DNA of 64,000 nt, taken from a virus (taxonomy: Duplodnaviria; Caudoviricetes). The DNA lies in IMG/VR virus record IMGVR_UViG_3300033388_005412, positions 96,001 to 160,000 of that record. One strand, given 5' to 3'. Positions 40,596 through 49,898 of this stretch are shown piece after piece. The notes beneath the pieces were generated by a model. The model did no database searches, was not told where the DNA came from, and saw nothing but the letters and a program-made list of their open reading frames with translations. The position numbers were made by a program, and so were the translations under genes. Each line of letters starts with the position of its first letter. Within the stretch, counting starts at the first letter, position 1.

Positions 40596-40841
40596 TCAGT
40601 CCCATTCATATATTGTTTTTTCCCTATTCTCCAAACAACATTTAATAGCAAGCAGTATATCGCAGCCATAAACTAACACATCGCCGGTTTTTTCATCAAC
40701 CGCACACGTATTAACACCAAATTTTTTCCAAAATTTTTTATGATGTATTTTCAACGGCCTTATGATATCCAATACTTCTTTATTGGTATATCCTAATTTA
40801 TTCCTCGACTTCGGTAATTTGATTTCACGCATTTTTAACAA
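40596..40841 (-). CDS. Hypothetical protein
   Basis: GGGAGG RBS; 81 aa. Confidence 0.55.
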   Translation of the reverse strand: MLKMREIKLPKSRNKLGYTNKEVLDIIRPLKIHHKKFWKKFGVNTCAVDEKTGDVLVYGCDILLAIKCCLENREKTIYEWD

Positions 40842-41643
40842 CCTCCCTGTTATTCACTAAATAAGCAATTAATTTTTTTATATCTATTTTATCCAAAACT
40901 TTATTCTTAATACAACCTGAGACATAAACAGCTATAATGAGTTTTATCAAAAACGGCAAACCAAGAACACTGATAATATAAAATATAATAACGGAAACGG
41001 CTCCTCCCTTTAAAACATCACTTGATCTAATCTGTTTTTTTCTATACGCAAAAACAGCGGAAATTATCGTAAATACTCCCAATAAAGGGTTTGCCGCAAC
41101 AATCGAACATATGCTCATTGAACCGAGTATTTCACTAATTTCACCAGCATCTTTTTTCTTCAAACCAAAAATATAAACTGTTAGTGTTAAAACAGAACTT
41201 ATCAATTTAGCACCGTTTATTGATAATAATTTATAAATATATGATTTATCAACACCTGGAATAACTGACATCTTTTCAGCAATGCTGTTAAAACTCTTAC
41301 GACTTATTGTTACAATAGGTATTCCCATTTTAGTTACAAAATCTTTAACCAGTGCCGACGTATAACCGGCAATTTCCTGTCCCATGCCGTCCCCGGCACT
41401 AACACGCTCAACTCTATTCCATGCGCTTACAACATCGTGACCACCGTCGAAAAGCCTGTGATAAACACCGTATTTAACAACACCAGCTTTATCAATAGCT
41501 TTATCATATATAGAAACAGTTGTTCCAAAAAATTTATCAGATGCTTTTTTTAAAACATCTGTAAATAAATTCATTACAGTATCGGCCGAAAAAACGGCAA
41601 CTAGACCGGACATGTTTTTCTTCATTACTTTTATAAAATTCAT
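40825..41643 (-). CDS. Hypothetical multi-pass membrane protein
   Basis: Several hydrophobic helices in the C-terminal half; own promoter. Confidence 0.7.
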   Translation of the reverse strand: MNFIKVMKKNMSGLVAVFSADTVMNLFTDVLKKASDKFFGTTVSIYDKAIDKAGVVKYGVYHRLFDGGHDVVSAWNRVERVSAGDGMGQEIAGYTSALVKDFVTKMGIPIVTISRKSFNSIAEKMSVIPGVDKSYIYKLLSINGAKLISSVLTLTVYIFGLKKKDAGEISEILGSMSICSIVAANPLLGVFTIISAVFAYRKKQIRSSDVLKGGAVSVIIFYIISVLGLPFLIKLIIAVYVSGCIKNKVLDKIDIKKLIAYLVNNREVVKNA

Positions 41644-41648
41644 GGTTT

Positions 41649-41677
41649 ATATTACAAAACTAAATCAGCAATGTCAA
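41649..41677 (-). promoter_or_regulatory. Sigma70-type promoter TTGACA-N17-TAATAT (predicts leaderless mRNA)
   Basis: TTGACA TTGCTGATTTAGTTTTG TAATAT AAACC ATG. Confidence 0.7.
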
Positions 41678-41737
41678 CAACCAATTTCTCACCAATCACA
41701 TACAAGACATATTGCATATTGACACGGAAAAAAAAAT

Positions 41738-43921
41738 ATGGTAATAATTGACATGAATATGAATATAAATGAAACAATTTGCGGAACGATTAAATCGATT
41801 ATATTTCAATCGAAAGAATCCGGATTTACAATTGCGTCCTTTGAAACACAAAACAAAGATCGCATAAATATAACCGGTGACCTCGGAAATATATATGTTG
41901 ACCAAGAAATTACAGTCGGGGGCACATGGAAAACACATCCTAAATTCGGAAAACAACTTACAGTTAAAAATTTCAAAATTGCCGATCCCTCAAGCAAAAA
42001 AGGCATTAGTTTATATTTATCATCAGGACGGATAAAAGGTATTGGAAAAGAAACGGCAAAACTTCTTGTCAACGCTTTCGGCGAAGAAACACTTAATGTA
42101 ATTGAAAATGATCCCGACCGTCTTACCACAATAAAAGGAATTGGTAAGAAAAAAGCCGACGTCATAATAAAAGGCTGTAAAGAATTTAAATATGTTGAAA
42201 AAATAATGGTGTGGCTGCACGCTCAAAACATATCAGCGACATTCGCCAATAGAATATACAAAGTATATGGTAAAGACGCGATTTCCCAGGTGAAACGGGA
42301 ACCATACGAACTGATTAGAAATGTTGATGGGATAGCATTTCTCAGGGCCGACGAAATAGCCAAATCTGTCGGAATAGAACCCACATCAACAAAACGAATA
42401 CACGCGGGCCTGACATTTACACTAAAAGAATCTCATAGAATTGAAGGACAAATGTATTTACCTGAAAACGTGCTAACCAAAAAAACAAGCAAAATATTAA
42501 AAATAGATGAAAGCATTGTCAAAAGAACATTAAATACAATCAAAAACGGCACAGATGAATTCTCAAATGATTTTGTAGAAGAAAACGGCAATATATACAT
42601 GACATATGCTTTAAGCAATGAAAATAAATTAGCAGCAAATCTAAAAAGAATAAACAACAGTAGAAAACCATTATTACCTGATAACCAGGTTCGTGAATTA
42701 GAACTTTTTTTAAATGCCCAGAATCCTAAATTATCAGATAAACAAATTGACTGTATAATTAAAATACTTACAATTGGCGGCATACATATCATCAGCGGAC
42801 CGGCAGGAACGGGAAAAACCCTCAGCACGACACAGCTGCTGCAATATATAAACAACTTTCTTCCGAAACTTTCTTTTGAAATCGCTTGTCCGACCGGTAG
42901 AGCGTCACAAAATATAACAGAAATAACAAAACTACCATCACAGACAATTCATAGATTATTGAAATATAATCCGGTAAATAAAGATTTTGTTTTTAATGAA
43001 GATAATAAACTATCAACTGATTTTGTAATGGTTGATGAAACATCAATGCTTGATACACAAATGGCCAGAAAACTAACTGATGCTATTTCAGACGGAACGA
43101 CTGTTGTGTTTGTCGGCGATCCGCACCAGCTGCCGTCAGTGGGGGCCGGTAATGTTTTACAGGAATTAATACAGTCCCAGATATTTCCTAATTATTACTT
43201 CAGCCAAATATTTCGCCAAGATGAAGCAAGTGATATAATAAAAGCGGCGCACGATGTTCTTAATGGAAAATATCCGAAAATCCCGAATGACTCAAAACAA
43301 TGCCGATTCATATATAGAGATACAAATGAAGGAGTAGTCGGAACAATTAAAAATATAATTAATAAAAAACCGGAATATGACATCCAGGTATTATCACCCA
43401 TGAGAAAGGGCGAAGTCGGCGTCACACTTCTTAATCAGATTATAGAGCCGATATCCAACAAATACGGAATGAAAATAAAAGATACTAAATATCACATAGG
43501 TGATAAAATAATACAAAATAAAAATCATTATAACATGGAAACAATTGGCGGCCCAATGAATGTATTCAACGGTGACATAGGTGTAATTGAAGAATATAAT
43601 GATGATGAGAACGGCGCTGTCTTTTCCGGCAAAATCAGGGGTAACAATTTCATATATCACAACAGTGATTTACCAGAATGTGATCTCGCATATGCGATAA
43701 CGGTTCACAAAAGCCAGGGCAGTGAATTTGAAAATGTTATATTACCGGTTACACGAAGTCATTTTATAATGCTATCCAGAAATCTTCTTTATACCGCCAT
43801 GACAAGAGCATCCAAAAAACTATGTATAATCGGCACACCCCAGGCCATGATGATAGCAATAAGAAATAATAAAGCTATAAATAGATATACAAAACTTGCT
43901 GAAAAATTATCAATTTCTTAA
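41738..43921 (+). CDS. recD2: ATP-dependent RecD2-like SF1B helicase
   Basis: N-terminal HhH region (IKGIGK), SGPAGTGKT, VDETSM, GDPHQLPSVG, FRQ, YAITVHKSQGSE, LLYTAMTRA; start may be ATG 41753. Confidence 0.95.
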   Translation: MVIIDMNMNINETICGTIKSIIFQSKESGFTIASFETQNKDRINITGDLGNIYVDQEITVGGTWKTHPKFGKQLTVKNFKIADPSSKKGISLYLSSGRIKGIGKETAKLLVNAFGEETLNVIENDPDRLTTIKGIGKKKADVIIKGCKEFKYVEKIMVWLHAQNISATFANRIYKVYGKDAISQVKREPYELIRNVDGIAFLRADEIAKSVGIEPTSTKRIHAGLTFTLKESHRIEGQMYLPENVLTKKTSKILKIDESIVKRTLNTIKNGTDEFSNDFVEENGNIYMTYALSNENKLAANLKRINNSRKPLLPDNQVRELELFLNAQNPKLSDKQIDCIIKILTIGGIHIISGPAGTGKTLSTTQLLQYINNFLPKLSFEIACPTGRASQNITEITKLPSQTIHRLLKYNPVNKDFVFNEDNKLSTDFVMVDETSMLDTQMARKLTDAISDGTTVVFVGDPHQLPSVGAGNVLQELIQSQIFPNYYFSQIFRQDEASDIIKAAHDVLNGKYPKIPNDSKQCRFIYRDTNEGVVGTIKNIINKKPEYDIQVLSPMRKGEVGVTLLNQIIEPISNKYGMKIKDTKYHIGDKIIQNKNHYNMETIGGPMNVFNGDIGVIEEYNDDENGAVFSGKIRGNNFIYHNSDLPECDLAYAITVHKSQGSEFENVILPVTRSHFIMLSRNLLYTAMTRASKKLCIIGTPQAMMIAIRNNKAINRYTKLAEKLSIS

Positions 43922-43962
43922 ACAAAAATACGCCTATATTTTTGTATTTAGGTAGTTTTTTG

Positions 43963-45018
43963 TTATTTGCCGCAAACAAATATATTGTTAACAGGTTTTA
44001 ATATTTTCCAGATTAAATAGTCAGCTCTTTCTGATTTCCCATCGAGTAAAGAAAAACACGCTCCGCTCAGTTTTTTATCATGTTCCAAAATTAAAGACGC
44101 CTGTTCTTTCCTGTTATCTATTTTTTCAGCTTCAGCAACTATTTTTTTACAATCATTTTTTAATTTATTAAATTCAACCTGCAGATTTGTTTGAATATTT
44201 TTAACCCAGTTATAAAACTCATCCGGAACATCCTTTATAACAGGCTCCAAACTCACACCGTCGCGCATCATTTCCCATATTGATTTCGCCGAAACACCTG
44301 TTAATAATTTATGTAGCCTTTTATATTCATCGCCCTTGATTTTCACACGCAGGCCATTTAAATATCTAGCAACAAATCCTTCATTATTAGCATCTAATGT
44401 TTTAGCTATCTCGATTAATTCATTCGTGTTTTTATTATATATTTTCGGAATAGTAAACCCATAAGTTTTGATAATATCCATACTCAATTCGGCGCCTGTT
44501 TCATTATTAATAACAGCTAGCAAAACTAAATCTTTTTTATCGCCATAATTAACAATTATTTTATTTTCCGGAAATATTATTTCGAATAAATACGTATATC
44601 CCTTTAAAAATCTAACATCTGATTTATTATTATTCAACCATTTTGTCGCCCAGAGCGCCTGATCTGATTCAAAGCTGCCTCTGGTTGATATGCGGTTTTT
44701 TTCACCATCATTATACAAAATACCAAGTGAGCCATCCAATTTCTCAGTAACGACCGGGATTTCGGCGGGAAGATCCTTTAAACCACATCCGTTTCTCTCA
44801 TCCCCGATATTAAAAAATTTTGGAAAAGGACGGGCAACAATATTACCTTTAGTGTCTGTAATAAGACCCCTGCACATACGTGTATAATGATCCCATATAT
44901 TATCAAATTGGCACGCCGGGGTATAATTGAATATCAGTAAATCGGCCGTAGGATGGCGCTTTTCTGATATCAAACATTTTTCAACCCGTTTTCTTATTTC
45001 AATTAAATTAACTTTCAT
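43963..45018 (-). CDS. T4 Rnl1-type RNA ligase
   Basis: CRGLI, RPFPKFFN, EKLDGSLG, FEII, EGFV and KIK nucleotidyltransferase motifs. Confidence 0.9.
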   Translation of the reverse strand: MKVNLIEIRKRVEKCLISEKRHPTADLLIFNYTPACQFDNIWDHYTRMCRGLITDTKGNIVARPFPKFFNIGDERNGCGLKDLPAEIPVVTEKLDGSLGILYNDGEKNRISTRGSFESDQALWATKWLNNNKSDVRFLKGYTYLFEIIFPENKIIVNYGDKKDLVLLAVINNETGAELSMDIIKTYGFTIPKIYNKNTNELIEIAKTLDANNEGFVARYLNGLRVKIKGDEYKRLHKLLTGVSAKSIWEMMRDGVSLEPVIKDVPDEFYNWVKNIQTNLQVEFNKLKNDCKKIVAEAEKIDNRKEQASLILEHDKKLSGACFSLLDGKSERADYLIWKILKPVNNIFVCGK

Positions 45019-46076
45019 TGTGCTTGAAATCCGATAACAGGTTTTTTCTCTTCACTGAATGACATATCATCATAATTAAAAAGATTAGCCAACGACATTT
45101 CGCGATTTACATCAATTTTTAATTTTTTTGATAATTTTTTAACCTTCTTGACATCAAGATCTTTGAACTCCCATTTGGCAAACAAGCGGCCTTTTCTCAA
45201 TAACGCCGGATCAATTTTGTCAACCGCAACATTAAATGTCGCTATTATTTGAACATTAACACAATCACCGATTATACCGTCTGATAAATTAAGTATGTTA
45301 GACACTCCTTGTCCAGAATTAATATCTCGGTTTGAAACAACATTCTCAGCATCTTCCATAATTAAAACCGAATTAGGATGATCGAGCATAAATGGTATCA
45401 ACTCAGGATCTGATATTGAATTTATTAAATTAGATGGAATATAAATTATCTGTTTATCAATTAAATGTGTAAGGTATCGTATGTATGTTGTTTTGCCTGT
45501 TCCAACTTTACCATGCAATAACACCATTCCAGAACTTTTTCGGTTGTTTAAATTTTTAACTATTATATCATGAATGTCCGAAAACCCATCATTATAATAC
45601 AAATCAATGTCAATAACAGGCTTATTAATAGTAAATTCTCTCGTATAATACTGATCATTACTTTTACACAAAATATTTATCTTACCTTTATACGTATAAT
45701 AACTACAATCTATTTTTTTTATTTTTTTAATTAAATTTTTAATATTCTTGCCGGCCGGGTAATAAATAACTAAATTTCCCACAGAATGATCAGATATATC
45801 ATTAACCACGCCTTCTTCTGCGACCAACCATATGTCATTTCCAATATCAATTCCCATTTCAACAATATATTCAATATCTTTTTTGTTTTTTGTTATAGTA
45901 TTGGATTGCAACACAAAAGGTTTGCCAAATTTATTAATTAATAAATCTGTATTATAATAACCAGGTAAACAAAACATACTGGGATGAAAATCATGTTTTT
46001 CACAATACATTCGTTTAAATGGTATAAACATGCTCGACCTTCCCAACTCATAATAACCATCATATTTTTTGCACAT
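45015..46076 (-). CDS. AAA+ ATPase
   Basis: LLHGKVGTGKT, LIMEDAE, NLSDG, DPALLRKGRL; start moved to ATG 46076 (GGAGGAGA RBS). Confidence 0.88.
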   Translation of the reverse strand: MCKKYDGYYELGRSSMFIPFKRMYCEKHDFHPSMFCLPGYYNTDLLINKFGKPFVLQSNTITKNKKDIEYIVEMGIDIGNDIWLVAEEGVVNDISDHSVGNLVIYYPAGKNIKNLIKKIKKIDCSYYTYKGKINILCKSNDQYYTREFTINKPVIDIDLYYNDGFSDIHDIIVKNLNNRKSSGMVLLHGKVGTGKTTYIRYLTHLIDKQIIYIPSNLINSISDPELIPFMLDHPNSVLIMEDAENVVSNRDINSGQGVSNILNLSDGIIGDCVNVQIIATFNVAVDKIDPALLRKGRLFAKWEFKDLDVKKVKKLSKKLKIDVNREMSLANLFNYDDMSFSEEKKPVIGFQAQ

Positions 46077-46257
46077 TATATCTCCTCCATGCCCGTCGCA
46101 TTTCTTTTGTCGGTTTTCCGTTTTTGTGATATGACTTAAATACATGAAATTTTTTAATCACCGGATTATTTTTAAGTTCTTCCATAATTTTTACAGCATC
46201 AAATTCTTCGGGCATGCCCCATTTCTTTGTTTTATCTTCACTTTCACTTTGCATCAT
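46060..46257 (-). CDS. Hypothetical protein
   Basis: AAGGAGG RBS directly after promoter. Confidence 0.55.
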   Translation of the reverse strand: MMQSESEDKTKKWGMPEEFDAVKIMEELKNNPVIKKFHVFKSYHKNGKPTKEMRRAWRRYNVQKI

Positions 46258-46273
46258 TCCTCCTTTTTATAAA

Positions 46274-46302
46274 ATATTACAAAATCAGAAATCGGCTGTC
46301 AA
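46274..46302 (-). promoter_or_regulatory. Sigma70-type promoter TTGACA-N17-TAATAT
   Basis: TTGACA GCCGATTTCTGATTTTG TAATAT. Confidence 0.72.
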
Positions 46303-46515
46303 GAGGCAAAAATTTTGTATATTTTTTTTGATAAATTCACATATAAAAAATCCTATATATACTGAAAAATTCCAATGTTTTCTGAAAATTTTTGTATATT
46401 TTTTCACGGGTAGGTAGTGTTATATATATGATATAACAAACTAATTTCACGGCCCCCCTTCTGTGATATTATGTAAATGATGGGGATGATAATACATAAA
46501 TGAAAAGGAGGAAAC

Positions 46516-46668
46516 ATGGAACATTTCGTTGTGTTAACAAGCATTGAACCCATAACAATTGCAATGCGTTACATCAGATGGAAGTATGGGAAAGATGTGC
46601 TTGCTAGAGTTGTTCAAGAAGAACTTCATGATGTGATCATGAAAGTAGAGAAAAGGAGGTCATTATGA
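46516..46668 (+). CDS. Hypothetical protein (50 aa)
   Basis: AAGGAGG RBS; first gene after the strand switch. Confidence 0.55.
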   Translation: MEHFVVLTSIEPITIAMRYIRWKYGKDVLARVVQEELHDVIMKVEKRRSL

Positions 46669-46931
46669 CTATTTGTGAATCGTTGTTGTGTGGTGTGTTG
46701 GATAGTATTCCAGCATCTGCAAATGAAGTAGCTATGTCTGATTTAAACTATCAGGCAGGAAAAGAGTTCGGGCGCTCATTCAGTGAACTCGAAGCACACG
46801 AGGCCCTTCCCATAGCTAGGGAAATGGCCGATGTATGGAGTGAAGGAGTTGTGGCTGACTCTATCACACTAACGGATATATCAAGAGCCAGAAGACTTGA
46901 TAGAAAGATAGAAAGGAGGCGACTATGTTAA
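46665..46931 (+). CDS. Hypothetical protein, paralogue of 50845-51156
   Basis: LCGVLDSIPA...ELEAHEA...KIERR. Confidence 0.68.
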   Translation: MTICESLLCGVLDSIPASANEVAMSDLNYQAGKEFGRSFSELEAHEALPIAREMADVWSEGVVADSITLTDISRARRLDRKIERRRLC

Positions 46932-47071
46932 GCACATGGTGGGTTGTGTGGGTTGTTGGTGGAGAAATAAGAAGTGGAATCATGGACTCATGTGAGATCA
47001 TGCCAGTAAATGATGTTATCTCAAAACAAAGAGGTGATCTGGATGCTTTTGGTGACTTTTATAGTTATTGA
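46925..47071 (+). CDS. Hypothetical protein (48 aa)
   Basis: AAGGAGG RBS; MLSTWWVVWVVGG. Confidence 0.45.
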   Translation: MLSTWWVVWVVGGEIRSGIMDSCEIMPVNDVISKQRGDLDAFGDFYSY

Positions 47072-47079
47072 ATTAAACC

Positions 47080-47132
47080 AAAACTGAAGATATACAAGTT
47101 TAGCTACATTGTGCGGTATTTAAAGTATATCA
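47080..47132 (+). repeat. Bipartite upstream element, copy 1
   Basis: AAAACTGAAGATATACAAGTTT-N18-TTAAAGTATATCA just before an RBS. Confidence 0.8.
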
Positions 47133-47147
47133 TTAAAAGGAGGAATC

Positions 47148-47381
47148 ATGAGATTCTACAATCAGAGAGTGGCAACACGTCACTCAAGAAAGTTGGAGAG
47201 ACTGGCTGCCAAAGCAACACAACAGGCGGCAATGACTAAACTCAGAGGCTTGTTTGGTGACAAGCAGCCTGACCCAGCAAAACAACCGGTAGACAACACA
47301 CCAGATGAACGTGATTACGCTGCATGGAATCGAAAAAGAAGAATAAGAGATATACATATGTGTCTCTCGGGGAGGTATTAA
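47148..47381 (+). CDS. Hypothetical protein
   Basis: AAGGAGG RBS. Confidence 0.6.
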   Translation: MRFYNQRVATRHSRKLERLAAKATQQAAMTKLRGLFGDKQPDPAKQPVDNTPDERDYAAWNRKRRIRDIHMCLSGRY

Positions 47382-47406
47382 TGGAATAAACCTTGGAATG
47401 TTGGCA

Positions 47407-47459
47407 AAAACTGAAGATATACAAGTTTTATCATAATGCATGGTTTTTAAAGTATATCA
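47407..47459 (+). repeat. Bipartite upstream element, copy 2
   Basis: Both blocks identical to copy 1, with a different 18-nt spacer. Confidence 0.8.
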
Positions 47460-47473
47460 CAACAGGAGGAAGT

Positions 47474-47749
47474 ATGAAGCTTTTTGGAAAAATTGGTAAC
47501 GTGGTTGACAACGTGATTGGTGATGTGATCACAAAAACAGGAACGGTTACAAAAGCTGTCTATGAGTCATCACCCAAAGACACTGTAAAAGTCATTGGTG
47601 CAGGAATGAGAGGTGCAAAGGCAGTCATCAGCACATTGGCCGTAAGTACCAAAGAAGCTGTTGCCGCGAAACTGACAAAGTCTCCGGAAAAGAAAGAAAC
47701 ACCAGAAAACAAAACTGATGATTCTAACGACAGTGAAGAAGTAGCGTAA
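47474..47749 (+). CDS. Hypothetical protein (91 aa)
   Basis: Start moved to ATG 47474 after AGGAGG. Confidence 0.62.
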   Translation: MKLFGKIGNVVDNVIGDVITKTGTVTKAVYESSPKDTVKVIGAGMRGAKAVISTLAVSTKEAVAAKLTKSPEKKETPENKTDDSNDSEEVA

Positions 47750-47844
47750 CAACACATAGTCCTGAGCATGACTTATAAACTGCTCAAAAGGAGGTCTATG
47801 AAAACAAAACCTGGAACGTTGATTTTGAAGAAAGGAGAAATAAA

Positions 47845-48072
47845 ATGAAAGATGTTTTAAAAACAATTGGTAGTATGTATGCACTAGTTGGGATTTTGTA
47901 CTGGCCGATTATTCTGATGAGTCTCATCGGTTGGTCTATTGGCTGGGCTAATGAAGGGTTCAAATGGTTCATATGGAACTTTTCGCCGCCATATGTTATT
48001 AACATCGTTGTGTTAGTAGCTATTGGAACAACCTTTAATATGCTTGTGTGGCTGAAGAAACTTTATAACTAA
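47845..48072 (+). CDS. Small membrane protein
   Basis: Two hydrophobic helices; AAGGAG RBS. Confidence 0.62.
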   Translation: MKDVLKTIGSMYALVGILYWPIILMSLIGWSIGWANEGFKWFIWNFSPPYVINIVVLVAIGTTFNMLVWLKKLYN

Positions 48073-48076
48073 GGAG

Positions 48077-48418
48077 GTGAATGAAAACAAAAACTGGCCC
48101 GTTGATTTCGAAGAAGTAAAGGAGAACAAAATGAATAATTACCTTAAAAATTATTGCACAGCATGCTGGGTTGTAATATTGCTACTTCTACCATCATGGA
48201 TATGTATCACCATGGGATGGACGTATGCGATTATCAATAGTGGACTTAAAACATTCATCTGGAGTTACAACACAGAAGAAGTACTATTCGTATTGGTCAC
48301 GTGGGTGATGAGCATCCCATTAACTGTGATATGGATAAGAAATGTTATAACTAAAGATGATAATAATCTATGTGACGTAGCAGGGCAACTGTATCTAAAA
48401 CTAAGATCTGAAATATAA
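48077..48418 (+). CDS. Small membrane protein
   Basis: Two hydrophobic helices; start could be ATG 48130. Confidence 0.58.
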   Translation: MNENKNWPVDFEEVKENKMNNYLKNYCTACWVVILLLLPSWICITMGWTYAIINSGLKTFIWSYNTEEVLFVLVTWVMSIPLTVIWIRNVITKDDNNLCDVAGQLYLKLRSEI

Positions 48419-48428
48419 GGAGGAGCCG

Positions 48429-48680
48429 ATGAAAACAACAGTGTTAAAAGTTGTTCCGTATCATGCTGATATACTGTGTAAGAACATTGTTATATCATTC
48501 GGATTGACGCCCGAAAATAAGGTACGGGAAATGGCAAGATGGAAACCTGGAGCAGGCCGGATTTATAACCACAGTCAGTTACAAGTAAGTAAAGCGGAAT
48601 GGATCACCATGTACAGGAGGGCATGTGCGATCCTAAAGAAGTACATTGAAGATAAGAAGCAGTTAACGCTAGAAATATAA
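48429..48680 (+). CDS. Hypothetical protein
   Basis: AAGGAGG RBS. Confidence 0.6.
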   Translation: MKTTVLKVVPYHADILCKNIVISFGLTPENKVREMARWKPGAGRIYNHSQLQVSKAEWITMYRRACAILKKYIEDKKQLTLEI

Positions 48681-48693
48681 AAAGGAGGAGAAA

Positions 48694-48969
48694 ATGAAAA
48701 AGATAGTTTTTGAAGCTTTAGTTAACAGAGCCAGAAGATCATACGGAATGAGACCGATTAAAACACCGTTTGGTATAAAGAAGGCCCGTGTCGTGTTCTA
48801 TAACACAATGATCGGACACAATGTATCGAAAGATGATGCTCAGGCTGTAATGAAAACAGCCAGTATACCGCTGCATGCAGAAAAGGCTGTCCATGGGGTA
48901 ATCTTTGCCGGTTCTCATCTTATAACAACAAGCATTATGAGAGACGCGCTGAAAACAATCAAGACATGA
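48694..48969 (+). CDS. Hypothetical protein
   Basis: AAGGAGG RBS. Confidence 0.6.
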   Translation: MKKIVFEALVNRARRSYGMRPIKTPFGIKKARVVFYNTMIGHNVSKDDAQAVMKTASIPLHAEKAVHGVIFAGSHLITTSIMRDALKTIKT

Positions 48970-49145
48970 GTTATGACAACTGGCTTGAAAAGAAGTTTGG
49001 TGAAAAAAGGCGCCGGCTTAAATTAAAGAACGAAGAAAGAAAATTAAATTCCAGTAAAACATCAGATGAATTTCATCGAAAGTTTATGGATTTAATTGTC
49101 GAACGCGGAAAGAAGACAAGGAGGGACAATGCGATTGTATGTTAA
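48966..49145 (+). CDS. Hypothetical protein (59 aa)
   Basis: ATGA coupling; MSYDNWLEKKFG. Confidence 0.45.
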   Translation: MSYDNWLEKKFGEKRRRLKLKNEERKLNSSKTSDEFHRKFMDLIVERGKKTRRDNAIVC

Positions 49146-49299
49146 AATGTATGGATGGCTGAAGTTTTTGTTCATGAAATGGCCGGGATTGATTAAATAC
49201 ATCCCTTCCGCTGAATGGCAGACATTATGGGCCAACATAGTATGGGAACAGGAACATGTCAGATGGGCTGATGAGTTTGATGTTGAAATAGAAGATTAA
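49129..49299 (+). CDS. Hypothetical protein (56 aa)
   Basis: Start moved to ATG 49129 after AAGGAGG. Confidence 0.55.
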   Translation: MRLYVKMYGWLKFLFMKWPGLIKYIPSAEWQTLWANIVWEQEHVRWADEFDVEIED

Positions 49300-49310
49300 A
49301 GGAGGAATAA

Positions 49311-49643
49311 ATGAAAAAGAAAAAAGCTAAAATTGGTGATATTATCAAAGCATCAAGGGATCTCAAAACTCTTTCACCTGAAAAAAGATTAAGCAAACTT
49401 CGAAAACTTATAGATGAAATACCATCATCTAAAACACCACATAAGAGTAAGATAAATCATGTCATTCCACGGTGCAATAGTCCGCTATTTGCCAAACCAG
49501 AGTGGATAAGAGATAATTGTATATATTCACCTAAATATGGGTACATAATCAAACCAAATTGGATGAGAGATAATTGTCTATGCTCGCTCAAATCATTAAT
49601 GGAAGCTGCAACAAGTGGATTGAATATTGAGATTAAAGACTAA
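49311..49643 (+). CDS. Hypothetical protein
   Basis: AAGGAGG RBS; internal repeat WIRDNCIYS / WMRDNCLCS. Confidence 0.6.
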   Translation: MKKKKAKIGDIIKASRDLKTLSPEKRLSKLRKLIDEIPSSKTPHKSKINHVIPRCNSPLFAKPEWIRDNCIYSPKYGYIIKPNWMRDNCLCSLKSLMEAATSGLNIEIKD

Positions 49644-49652
49644 GGAGGTAAA

Positions 49653-49898
49653 ATGCAAATAATAGCAAATCTGATAATTCCTGATTATATTTATGAAAAT
49701 GGAAAAATCATAAAATATAAAAAATTATCAGACAAACAAAAACAGAATGTGAGAAAACAATGTCAACACGTAAGTATACTAAAACAACAACGCATGAAAA
49801 GGATGAAACAACATACTTCGATCGACATACAGAAACTTAATGGAGCATTCACTGCATCGGATCTTGAAAAAATAAGAAAAATAAAGGAGGTAAAATGA
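49653..49898 (+). CDS. Hypothetical protein
   Basis: AAGGAGG RBS. Confidence 0.55.
   Translation: MQIIANLIIPDYIYENGKIIKYKKLSDKQKQNVRKQCQHVSILKQQRMKRMKQHTSIDIQKLNGAFTASDLEKIRKIKEVK

Noticed and set aside
43922-43962. Bidirectional terminator between recD2 and RNA ligase
   Set aside because: Only an A/T-rich stem (ACAAAAATA/TATTTTTGT); too weak to call
46310-46405. Repeated AAATTTTGTATATTTTTT at the strand switch as a genome terminus signal
   Set aside because: Low-complexity AT sequence; termini cannot be inferred without read data
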